DNA of 64,000 nucleotides from Candidatus Thorarchaeota archaeon (GTDB lineage Archaea > Asgardarchaeota > Thorarchaeia > Thorarchaeales > Thorarchaeaceae): positions 225,675-289,674 of the forward strand of contig CAVSBO010000016.1 of the NCBI GenBank assembly GCA_963726195.1. The letters are read 5' to 3'. Position numbers and translations under genes: made by a program. Of the stretch, positions 10,328-19,859 are shown piece after piece. Numbering within the stretch: the stretch's first letter is position 1; each line of letters begins with the position of its first letter. Below the pieces are notes generated by a model. It was not told where the DNA came from and did not search any database. It saw nothing but the letters and a program-made list of their open reading frames with translations.

Positions 10328-11395
10328 CTAATCGCACGAAATTGGTCTCGCGCTCCTTGAGGCCTGTGTTCCGAAGAGTCGTTTCATCTTTTCTTCGTTC
10401 GGTCTACGTAAAACTCCCCTGTCAGTGATTATTGCCGAGATGAGTTCGGGAGGCGTTATGTCGAATGCAGGATTGTATACCTTCGCTGTCGGTACAGTCA
10501 CATACTGACCGTTTATTATGCGAACCTCGTCCGGGTGGCGCTCCTCAATCTTCACATCTTCGGTTCTGCTGGCCATATCAACTGTCGAGCTCGGAGCTGC
10601 CACGTAGAAAGGTATCTTGTGATAGTTGGCAGTGATTGCCATTGTGTAGGTGCCAATCTTGTTTGTCACATGACCTGTTCTCAGTATCCGATCCGCACCT
10701 ACAACACAACAGTTCACTCGTCTTTGCTGAAACACTGTACCAATCATTCCATCAGTAATCAAAGTGGTGTCTATGCCGTCTTGCATGAATTCGAAGACTG
10801 TCAGCCTCGCACCCTGTTGCCTTGGACGCGTTTCTGCAGCATAGACCTTGATGTTCCCGTACTTCTCATTTGCAACTCGGATGACAGCACCGACAGTGCC
10901 AAGGTGAACAGTTGCCAGCGATCCTGCATTGCAGATGGTCTGAATCGTCCAGCCCGATTTGATGAGCGGGAGCGCATTCTCGCCAATGCGTCTGCACATT
11001 CGTATGTCTTCTTCGGCAATCTCTTTTGCCTCATCTATTAGGACCTTGATTATGTCATCCACACTCCCCTTCACTGTCTCTGCAAGTTGCAGCATTCGAT
11101 TCGTTGCCCAAGTCAGGTTCACAGCAGTCGGACGTACATTCAACGTCGAAGCTGCATGCTTCAGGAACCTAACCAATTCTGCTTTCGAATCTGCGTGGCT
11201 TTCTAGTGCGGCCAGTGCCATTCCCATGCCTGCCGCCGCGCCGATAGCAGGCGCGCCCCTAATCTCCATGACCTGAATCGCCTGCGCTATCCGTTCATGC
11301 TCCGAGGTGGTTATGTGCTCTATCACTAGAGGAAGCTTCGTCTGGTCTACGTAGCGGACCGTGTTATCATCTAGCCACTCTATCGTTCGAAACAT
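10328..11395 (-). CDS. mtnA: Methylthioribose-1-phosphate isomerase (eIF2B family)
   Basis: DQTKLP, IRGAPAIG, RPTAVNL, CNAGSLAT, ETRP, GADRI, NKIGT; start set at MFRTIEW. Confidence 0.9.
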   Translation of the reverse strand: MFRTIEWLDDNTVRYVDQTKLPLVIEHITTSEHERIAQAIQVMEIRGAPAIGAAAGMGMALAALESHADSKAELVRFLKHAASTLNVRPTAVNLTWATNRMLQLAETVKGSVDDIIKVLIDEAKEIAEEDIRMCRRIGENALPLIKSGWTIQTICNAGSLATVHLGTVGAVIRVANEKYGNIKVYAAETRPRQQGARLTVFEFMQDGIDTTLITDGMIGTVFQQRRVNCCVVGADRILRTGHVTNKIGTYTMAITANYHKIPFYVAAPSSTVDMASRTEDVKIEERHPDEVRIINGQYVTVPTAKVYNPAFDITPPELISAIITDRGVLRRPNEEKMKRLFGTQASRSARPISCD

Positions 11396-11897
11396 CTCTG
11401 GAGTCTCCCAAGTGCTGTTGCAGAACTCTTCTGAGGATTCTAATAACTCTCTGAGCAGCGTCATGTATCTCCGGAGTCAACCCTTCACCAAAGGCAATGC
11501 TCTTTGGCTGCACACCCAGAAGGATTGTCTTACCTCGAGTCTCCTGCTCCAAGTACATCATCAGCAACGACAAAGGCATACTGTGTGTGCTTATGGCAAC
11601 GCCACCTATTCTCTCCTTTGTAATTAAATCAATGTGAGCTGCAGGCTTGCCCATGTCAGCCGCATCCACCATTATTACCCGCTCGGCGCCGAACTCAGCC
11701 AAGGGATGTGCAAAAGCTTCCGGAACAGAGCCGACATTCTCCACCATCAGGTCAGGATGGTTTATGTTCAATTCTTCGGTAACGAATGGACCTAGGCCAT
11801 CATCTGTTCTCAAGTCATTTCCTATCCCGAGGACTGCCACACGTCTGGCCCCGGAGATGAACTTCCTGAGGCCTTCTTCTAGCGCGCTTTCTGTCAC
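11367..11897 (-). CDS. hycI: Hydrogenase maturation protease
   Basis: GIGNDLRTDDGLG, VPE, VDAA, STHSMPL. Confidence 0.9.
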   Translation of the reverse strand: MTESALEEGLRKFISGARRVAVLGIGNDLRTDDGLGPFVTEELNINHPDLMVENVGSVPEAFAHPLAEFGAERVIMVDAADMGKPAAHIDLITKERIGGVAISTHSMPLSLLMMYLEQETRGKTILLGVQPKSIAFGEGLTPEIHDAAQRVIRILRRVLQQHLGDSRDVSNDRVAR

Positions 11898-12000
11898 AGA
11901 CTCACTGGCCCGGAGACTAACTTGGATCCCTGATATGTGCCTCGACGAAGTACAACGAACTGTTCCGATAGAACATATAACTATGTGTAGTTACATATAG

Positions 12001-12208
12001 ATGAACATGGAACGCCTTTACTCTCCTAGACAAGCATCCAAGTTGCTCGGGGTCTGCGTTTGGATTTGACCTCATTCAACTTGTCTTCAAGAACTGTGGG
12101 ACCGACGTCGAAACGATGTTTGAGGGGAGAGTATATGGACGGAGGAGTCACAAGACTAAGGAACTCATCCAAGCAGTTAGGGAGGTGGTACAATCACCGC
12201 CACGATGA
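12001..12208 (+). pseudogene. tnpA: IS607 TnpA remnant with internal deletions
   Basis: MERLYSPRQASKLLGV (HTH), then shifted frame FGFDLIQLVFKNCGTDVE and RVYGRRSHKTKELIQAV. Confidence 0.8.
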
Positions 12209-13531
12209 TGGCCACCCGCCTTGGGAAGCATCATAGGTGGAAGACCAAAGAAGCCGAGAAGAGAACTATCGCAGTGAAGTACCAGCCCTCGGACAACATT
12301 CTCAAGTACCTCCGAGATATGAGAGAAGCTTTGACGGGGCCTTGGCCCACGCATACGCCTTGGCTCGAAGCGACAACAACCTACTTGTGCCGAATCCAGT
12401 CGCACTAAGAAGAAAGGTAAAGCCGTGGTTCGACTTGCAGTACGGACAGTACGCGAAGCACCACGTTAACCCAGTGTGCAGAACTGCTGTGGCTCTGCTC
12501 AGGTCGTATAGGAAGAAACACAAGAAGCTCGCTGTACCTCGAGTCAGGAGGCTCGCCATGAGGATTGACTCGGAGTTATTCCGTGTCTGCGAGACTCGTG
12601 ATGGGACTGTGACTGTGAGGTTGACCTTGAAGCCCTTCACCTACGAGTATATCACGTTCACCCCAAGCCACAAGAAGTGGGGCGAATACAGCAAAGGGGG
12701 CGGTAAGCGAGCTCCTGCTGACCGACAGAAGGCTCTGCATCACCTTCACCGTGGGGTCTGATGGCGGGAAGCCTCTCGGAAGGCGGTTCGCGGGCTCAGA
12801 CCTCAACTTCCAAAGCGTAGACTCCACGGCCTTCAGCGACGGCAAATTGGAGCCGCTCCGCACCGAGTTCCTCACCAGGATAGTCAGAGTTCAGAACGAC
12901 TTCTCAAGAAGACGTAGAAGACTCCAGCTGCATGTCAAGAACCCGAAGAAGAGGGTAAGGAAGCTGAAGTGAGACGAGGGGCAGACAGAGAAACAGGGTC
13001 AGAGACATCCTTCAGAAGATGTCGACCAAGATCGTCCGAGAGAACCCTGACATATCATTCGTCTTCGAGGATCTGAAAGGCATAAGGAGAGGCGGAGAGA
13101 AGCAGGATACGACGAGAAGCAGCAGAAAGCTAAGGACCTATTTGAACCGATGGCCATACAGAATGTTCCAAAACATGGTAGAATACAAGAGCCAGTGCAG
13201 ACCGATTTACGTTAGCCCGAGAGGGACCTCTTCGAAGTGTCCTGTCTGCGGTGGAGAATTAAAGCACCCAGCTTGGGCTATGAGTCGCTGCAGCACCTGT
13301 GGCGTGGACTACGACAGAGACAGGCTCGCCAGCTTGGCGATACTCCAACGTGGCCTGCACCTTTGCGGCCAACCGTTTGCCGTAAGTGCGGGTGCCTCTT
13401 GGCAGCACATGAGGAATGAATACCTGTACACTCCCAGAGAGACCAAGGCTGGAAGAGCAGGTGGGACTGAACAGGCTGCCAACGTACCGAATAGAAGCGC
13501 GGACAACTTTCATGATTTTCCACGTTTCTAG
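12205..13531 (+). pseudogene. tnpB: TnpB with three frameshifts (about 12340, 12700, 12970)
   Basis: GSDLN (RuvC-I), VFEDL (RuvC-II), EYKS, TSSKCPVCG..CSTCG..DRD. Confidence 0.85.
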
Positions 13532-13569
13532 AAACGGTTTTTCTCGAATCGGCGGAGGTCCTGCCTTAC

Positions 13570-13910
13570 TAGGGTTGTTGTCTGCATAGTCCTTGATAGG
13601 CAATAGGACTTGAGGCTTCATCAGTTCATCGAGATGACTCACGAGTTCATCGATATCTCGGGTCTCCGCCCCTATCAAGGGCAACCCAGCCGGGAGCACC
13701 ACAGCATCGAACCACGACACTTCCAGTGAAACTCCTCTCTTCTTTGGGTAGACCTGAAGTCGATTGCCAACCCGCATGGGCACCCAAAGGCTTCTCAGCT
13801 CTAAGGGACCTGTTGGTTGCCCCGTACGTGCTGTAGTGCTTCGTTGCCCATGCCGGGTTCACTTCGATTGTTTTGGTCTTATTCTTCGCGAGCTTGTGGA
13901 GCCATGCCCG
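13570..13910 (-). pseudogene. Degenerate 3' remnant of a third TnpB
   Basis: IEVNPAWATKHYSTYGATNRSLRAEK then shifted FGCPCGLAID, resembling a decayed TnpB Zn finger. Confidence 0.45.
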
Positions 13911-13976
13911 TCCTAATCACGATGCGCGACTATTTATGCCACTCGCAAAAAAGAGCTGTTACGAAGGCGAGACTGG

Positions 13977-14609
13977 TTGCCCGATAAAGATGGCGAGAAC
14001 CCAGAGTCTGAGGACACGGAAAACGCCGAAGACGAGGAAGTCGCAGAGGAGCCCGCGGAACTGCAGGAAGAACCAGCGGAAGCCATATTCTATGATGGAT
14101 ACGGCTGCATTTCTGGTGGTGATGCCGATAGAATATCGCAGGAAGGCTTCTACGGCACCAGATTAGATGATGGCAGACTACAACTTGACCCTGTTGAAAT
14201 GCTTCATCTTCTCGAAAGGAAGAGAATTATCATGAAGTCGGCTGCTGGGGAACTGATTGAAGCGAGACAGATAGTGGACGAACTCACGAAAGGCGATCCT
14301 GACCTCTGGACCCGCTATCTCGTTTTTAGGGACCTTAGAAGCAGAGGCTATGCAGTACGCCAAGGTTTCGGTGGCGGAATCGGTTTCAGGGTCTATGCAA
14401 GAGGCGACAGGCCGAGCACAGCTACGGCCAATCAGCTTGTGTACGTTCTTAAAGAAGGAGAACCGATATCGCTTCAGGACTTGGACATGGTCACTGAAGC
14501 AGCCTCCGCTGCACGCAAGAAGCTCGTGTTTGCGCTTGTCGACCAGAATGGTGAAGTGAATTTCTATAAGGTATCACGCGCGACCTTACGAAATCGAGCC
14601 GGTGATTAG
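13977..14609 (+). CDS. endA: tRNA splicing endonuclease subunit, probably structural
   Basis: LDPVEMLHL, YLVFRDLRSRGY, FRVY, VDQNGEVNFY; acidic N-terminal tail. Confidence 0.85.
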   Translation: MPDKDGENPESEDTENAEDEEVAEEPAELQEEPAEAIFYDGYGCISGGDADRISQEGFYGTRLDDGRLQLDPVEMLHLLERKRIIMKSAAGELIEARQIVDELTKGDPDLWTRYLVFRDLRSRGYAVRQGFGGGIGFRVYARGDRPSTATANQLVYVLKEGEPISLQDLDMVTEAASAARKKLVFALVDQNGEVNFYKVSRATLRNRAGD

Positions 14610-16278
14610 TGATGTCGAATAACGTCATTGTACTTGATACTAGCGTGGTCATAGACGGGTGGGTATCGCACCAAGTAGAATCAGGGGACTACAAGGGATA
14701 CCGGATCGTGGTCCCGAACGTTGTGCTCGCCGAGATTGAGCACATGGCGAACCAGAAAAGAGACGTAGGGAAACTTGGGCTCAATGAACTCGAACGGCTC
14801 AGATCTCTCGCTGATAATGGTACCATTACGCTGGAATTCATGGGTGATAGACCGTCTGTTGGCCAAGTCCATGATGCAGACAGAGGAGAACTGGATGCGT
14901 TGGTTCGCGATACTGCCTCAGAGCTTGGAGCAACCTTGGTGACTTCGGACAATGTCCAAGCAGCCGCAGGCCGCGTCATGGGACTTGAGGTAGTCGTGAT
15001 TGCTAAGAAGCGTTCTGTTTCCATAGTTACGCTTGAGGAATTCTTCGATGATCGCACTATGAGCGTTCATCTCGTGGAGAACAATCCGCCTCGAGCAAAA
15101 AGAGGGGAACCCGGAGATTGGGAATTGGTCGACTTGTCAGACCATGTTCTCACCTTCGAAGAACTGGATCAACTCAGCTAACACAATTCTCGAAAGGGCA
15201 CGGCAGGACAGAGCATCATTCATAGAAATCGAGGAATTCGGTGCGACCGTCGTTCAGCTCAGAAACTATCGTATCGCCATTGCTCGTCCGCCTTTCAGTG
15301 ACAAGATGGAGATATCGGCGATTCGTCCTATTACTAAGCTCGACATCGACTATTACGATCTGAGTCCGAAACTCATGAATAGGCTAGAAAGCCGTGCCGA
15401 AGGCATTCTCATCTCGGGCTCGCCTGGATCTGGAAAGAGTACGTTTGCAGCTGCACTCGCGGAATTCTACAGTAAGAAGGGAAATGTTGTCAAAACGTTG
15501 GAGCAGCCTCGAGACCTTCAGGTATCTGATGATATTGTTCAGTATGCACCACTTGATAGGAGTATGGAGAAGACTGCAGACATCCTTTTGTTAGTTCGGC
15601 CAGACTATGTCGTATACGACGAATTGCGCAAGAGACTCTGACTTTGAAGTGTACTCGGACCTCAGGTCCGCAGGCGTTGGCATGGTGGGAGTAGTACACG
15701 CTGGATCTGCTATCGACGCGATACAGCGTCTGATACTTGGAGGGCGAGTTGAGCTGGGCCAACTTCCAAGCACTGTGGACACTGTTTTGCATATAGAGGC
15801 GGGACGTATCGCGAAGGTTGCCTCTCTGTCTCTGAAAGTCAAGCTTCCAACAGGCATGAGCAGCCAACAGAGAGACCTAGCTAGACCCGTCGTCGAAGTC
15901 CGTGATTTTGAGCATGGAGTCCTCGAGTACGAGATATTCACTTTCGGTGGAGAGAAAGTGGTTGTTCCCGTCCACGCCGAGACTCGGCCTGTCGCAGGTC
16001 GACCGAGAGGGACGTATGAACGTGGAACACCGGGAGAGAGCGTACCAATACAAGTAAGCTACTCACACAAGAAAGTGACAGTGTACGTGGGAAAGAAATA
16101 CATCAAGACGCGGCTGGATATCTTTGCTAATGACCAGTACCTTCTCACAACCGTCACGGGGAGGAATGGCGAGGCATCAATACGAATCAAGACGAGACAG
16201 GGTAGCGCGTTGGTAGATGCCTTGGAAGAGAATGCAACACTCACAGCCAAGGTGGCGCCGCCAGCAGAAATCGAGTAG
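14609..16278 (+). CDS. PINA: PIN domain + ATPase + KH-like, two apparent frameshifts (about 15178 and 15630)
   Basis: VLDTSVVIDG, GSPGSGKST, LLLVRPDY, YDELR, GMVGVVHA spread over three ORFs. Confidence 0.85.
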
Positions 16279-16362
16279 GATTGCGACTTAACTGGTTTTC
16301 TGCCTCAATATCCATCTAGGACTTCAAAAGCTTTAACAGTCTGCCACAAGCTCAGTCGCTTT

Positions 16363-16473
16363 GGGCCCGTGGCTTAGCATGGACTCGCAAGGATTCGTAG
16401 TCCTCTGAGATGCTCATAAAGCACCAGCCTCCTAAGTTGGTTATCGCGCGTTCGAATCGCGCCGGGCCCGCCA
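16363..16473 (+). tRNA. tRNA-Arg(CCT) with 33-nt D-loop intron (16383-16415)
   Basis: GGGCCCG stem, loop CTCCTAA; BHB with GCAT/ATGC helix and GGA/TCA bulges; CCA. Confidence 0.9.
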
Positions 16474-17166
16474 CTACTTGGACTGTTTCTTCAACACGTA
16501 GGATTTGGTTGCTGTGCCGACATGCACTTCGTTGGCCATACCCACGAAAAGACCGGTCTCTACAACACCAGGAATCATCTTCAGATCTCTCGACATACCT
16601 GCCAAATCGCTAACGGGTTTCGAGAACTTGAGGTCAAGAATGAAATTGCCATTGTCGGTCACGACTGGGCCAATCTTGCCTTGGGATTCACGCACCGATG
16701 AGGCTATACCCATCTTGTCAATCCTCTTTCTGACGAACCCAAGCGAAAAAGGCAAGACTTCAATTGGAACTGGAAACTTGACTCCAAGATTATCCACCAG
16801 CTTCGACTCGTCAACGATTATCACGAGTTTCTCGGAGGCTGCGGCGACTATTTTCTCCTGAAAGAGAGCTCCTCCACCGCCTTTCGTGAGGTTCAGTTGT
16901 TTATCAACCTCGTCAGCTCCGTCAACAGTAAGCAACAGCTCGGGATAGAGATCGAGATTGGTCAGAGGTATTCTGTATTCGACCGCAAGTCGGTAGGCTT
17001 GATATGAAGTCGGGACAACTGATACCTTCGTCTTCCCTTCGGAGACTTGACGACCGAGCTCCTTCGCAAAGAGAGCTACGGTTGAGCCACTCCCAAGCCC
17101 CATTGCACCTTCCTTTGGAACTAGTTTCAGTGCGCTCCTAGCCGCATTCGCCTTTGCCTCTGACAA
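16474..17166 (-). CDS. rpiA: Ribose-5-phosphate isomerase A
   Basis: GLGSGSTV, DGADEV, KGGGGAL, TDNGN, PGVVETGLF. Confidence 0.95.
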   Translation of the reverse strand: MSEAKANAARSALKLVPKEGAMGLGSGSTVALFAKELGRQVSEGKTKVSVVPTSYQAYRLAVEYRIPLTNLDLYPELLLTVDGADEVDKQLNLTKGGGGALFQEKIVAAASEKLVIIVDESKLVDNLGVKFPVPIEVLPFSLGFVRKRIDKMGIASSVRESQGKIGPVVTDNGNFILDLKFSKPVSDLAGMSRDLKMIPGVVETGLFVGMANEVHVGTATKSYVLKKQSK

Positions 17167-17271
17167 TTCCGTTCGGATGTCTCCACAGGCTGTAAAGACC
17201 ACACTTGCCCATCCGCTCAATAAGGCTTCCGAGAGGGCCAGTTTCAGCCCTAGGCGAACAGATGTCACACG

Positions 17272-17484
17272 CTAAGTGGTCCCACAACATTCTGTCGCGC
17301 ACTCGGAGGAATTGTTCTTTGGTCGCCAGTAGACGGCCCATAGACCTTCATCGTCTCTGGAGATAACCACATGTAGGCGGCTCCTTAACGATCGTGCCAT
17401 CATGACGGCTTCTCTGCTGGTCGCAAATACGTTGGCTAGTCTGTAGACTTGACCGCCTACTATGTGCCATTTCTCAGCATGCAT
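17272..17484 (-). CDS. Small hypothetical protein
   Basis: 70-aa ORF filling an intergenic gap. Confidence 0.5.
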   Translation of the reverse strand: MHAEKWHIVGGQVYRLANVFATSREAVMMARSLRSRLHVVISRDDEGLWAVYWRPKNNSSECATECCGTT

Positions 17485-17659
17485 GCTATAATGTGGCTCA
17501 TTTGCCTAATAACCGGGCAAGACCGGTTTTGTGCGAATACCCGTCGTCTATTATTAGAAAAGCTGCAATCACAGTCTTTCGATTCTCGGTCAATTGAAGA
17601 GCCGAAATCACCAGTATCCGGTCTCTCCAGTTGCTTCGCAAGTGCCCGAAACAGACTGT

Positions 17660-18634
17660 CTATTCGCCCATGAGGGCCCTTAGCCGCTCCATCTCGGCCA
17701 GCATCTCGGACTGAAGCGAACTCTTGGCAGCTCCTGCAGCTGCAGGTGGTCGACTGCTCGGGGCAGTGCTAGGACCAGCAGCTTGAGACGCAGCACCTGG
17801 AGGACCAGCTGGCATTGTCGGTGCCCCAGAGGGTGGGCCACCTGCGCTAGGAACTGCAGCTGGCGAAACTCCCACCGGCGGACCTCCCATTGGCGGACCT
17901 CCTGCTGGGGCGCCTCCCGAAGGTGCGCCTCCTGATGGCGGACCACCAGATGGTGGACCTCCTGCTGGGGGACCTCCCGAAGACGGGCCTCCCGATGGCG
18001 GACCACCGGATGGTGGACCTCCCGAGGGCGGACCTGCAGGAACCTTAGATCCGAGCTTTGGGCCTGATGGCCGACCCGGGGCGGGCATTCCCACATTTGT
18101 CGGTCCTGCGGTCTCTGTTTCTGCTTCTACGGTCGTGCCAGACATGGCCTCTAGTTTTCTCAGATAATCGGAACGAGCCTTGTCCACAGCCGACGATGTT
18201 GCCATCACTTCTCTAAGCTCTTCATCTTTCGCAATTGCCGTCCGCACGGCATCAAGTCTGGCTTGGTAGACTTCGGCTATCTTGCTCTTTGTTGCTTCGT
18301 CAATCTCGCCCTGCTGAACGAAGTAATCGGCTGCAGATATCGCCTGCTGAATTGCGTTCTCTTCGATTTTCAGGAATACAAGAGCAGTGGCGGGCGTTTT
18401 GATGAACTTGAGCTTCTTTGCCCCTGCAATCCCCGCCGATACGTCACCTGTGGATGCAATGATTCTTGTGGCACCATCAGGTAGTCCCTTGCCGCCCGTT
18501 TGCATACGACGTATTAGAAACAGGATGATACCGACAAAAATCACCGTGTAGATTATGAAGAATACTCCTGTACCTATGGGATCTATTAGATAGTTGAAGA
18601 TGTCATCAATCCATGTCAGGATTACGCTCTGCAT
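17660..18634 (-). CDS. Single-pass membrane protein with Gly/Pro-rich region and C-terminal amphipathic helix
   Basis: TM at aa 22-41, helical domain, (GGPPS)n, terminal SLQSEMLAEMERLRALM. Confidence 0.85.
   Translation of the reverse strand: MQSVILTWIDDIFNYLIDPIGTGVFFIIYTVIFVGIILFLIRRMQTGGKGLPDGATRIIASTGDVSAGIAGAKKLKFIKTPATALVFLKIEENAIQQAISAADYFVQQGEIDEATKSKIAEVYQARLDAVRTAIAKDEELREVMATSSAVDKARSDYLRKLEAMSGTTVEAETETAGPTNVGMPAPGRPSGPKLGSKVPAGPPSGGPPSGGPPSGGPSSGGPPAGGPPSGGPPSGGAPSGGAPAGGPPMGGPPVGVSPAAVPSAGGPPSGAPTMPAGPPGAASQAAGPSTAPSSRPPAAAGAAKSSLQSEMLAEMERLRALMGE
17876..18037 (-). repeat. About 11 degenerate 15-bp coding repeats (GGPP[S/A/M])
   Basis: Visible in both DNA and protein; third positions diverged. 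Confidence 0.85.
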
Positions 18635-18949
18635 CCGGTATCACCTTGTGGCAGCTGTTCAGGGCAGCCGTATTCTGTGTGATATTTGAGTCTTCTCTTG
18701 AATATTGTTTCTTTGTATCACACACGTGACGCTGCCTGTTTCTGGCCAAGCAGCGTCAATTCCTTATGTCTACATGAGGACTCATAAAGATGTTCTTGAT
18801 GTGCATCGGTCGGACGGCCGTTATCGACCAGTAAACCGGACTATTGTCTGAGCAGTACGGCTGCCACAAGAACGTTCTCGTCCAGAATGCCTTAAATCTG
18901 GGACAAGAAGCCGTCAAGAAGGGATTGTATTACGAGCCTGCTTGACCCG

Positions 18950-19474
18950 TTGACAACGCACTACACTCTGAGCGGGAAGGTGTGGAAAGTCGGAATTGGT
19001 GACATGACAGACCAGACGGGAAATATAGTCGGGTCTGTTAAACGAAAGACGCTGCCCACGGGAGCTAAGATTCAACTCACTGATTCCGACAATGCCGTTC
19101 TTTGTGAGATGCGTAGAAGAACCTTGGGCTTGAGTTCTGTCTATGATATTACAGATGCAGCTAGAAGCCAGTTGGCCAGAGTGAGGAAAACAGCAGTCGA
19201 GCTGAACGGTTCCACGAGAATGTACAATCCAAGTCGCAAGGAACTGCTCAAAGCGACAGGCGGTACAATGAGGTGGGAGTTCATCATAAGCAACTCCAAG
19301 AAAAAGAATAGAATCTGTGCGACCATTAGAAAAGTTGGCAATTGGGAACGGACGCCCGTATCCCGCCCGGATTTGGATGAAAGATACGTTATCGATATTG
19401 AGGATCTTGAGGCGGATAGACTCCTGCTACTTGCTTATGCCATAGTGATCACTGATGACAGTCACACTGTGTAG
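18950..19474 (+). CDS. LURP-one/scramblase (Tubby-C-like) family protein
   Basis: Repeated beta pattern (TDQTGNIVGSVKRK..), C-terminal DRLLLLAYAIVITD. Confidence 0.6.
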   Translation: MTTHYTLSGKVWKVGIGDMTDQTGNIVGSVKRKTLPTGAKIQLTDSDNAVLCEMRRRTLGLSSVYDITDAARSQLARVRKTAVELNGSTRMYNPSRKELLKATGGTMRWEFIISNSKKKNRICATIRKVGNWERTPVSRPDLDERYVIDIEDLEADRLLLLAYAIVITDDSHTV

Positions 19475-19642
19475 AACAACGGTGACTGTATGAGAATTCG
19501 TGAAGTGAATTGAGGTGAACTTCCGAAGGAACGAAGCGTAAGAACATAGATGTCATGCGTTCTCATTGGCGAAAACTCCAGTCATTCCTGTAATCATGAT
19601 AAACGTTTATTAGAGAACTTGGTCGGCTTTCAGCCAAGTCAA

Positions 19643-19754
19643 GCCTCGGTGGCTTAGGGGTTATAGCATCCGCCTTGTAAGCTTCGCAGCAGGAGTACAA
19701 CCTGCAAGCCAGAAAAGCGGAAGGTCGCGAGTTCAAGACTCGCCCGAGGCTCCA
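19643..19754 (+). tRNA. tRNA-Thr(TGT) with 37/38 intron (about 19680-19715)
   Basis: GCCTCGG/CCGAGGC stem, TCCGC CTTGTA^A GCGGA, CCA. Confidence 0.9.
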
Positions 19755-19859
19755 CTTCTTCTTGTGCACGAGCTAGACTCGTTGAACATATCACTCTTAG
19801 AAAAAGGCTGGAGACCGGAGGGAGAGCACTGTCAGCCCATCCGGCCTAAGATAAGGCAA

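Larger units (their letters stand above)
11965..13545 (+). mobile_element. Non-autonomous IS607-family element (deleted tnpA + tnpB)
   Basis: ACAT(A) short repeats at 11970-12010, TnpA remnants, TnpB; boundaries approximate. Confidence 0.75.

Noticed and set aside
13715-13740. ORB-like TTCCAGTGAAAC
   Set aside because: No G-string, and it lies inside the TnpB remnant.
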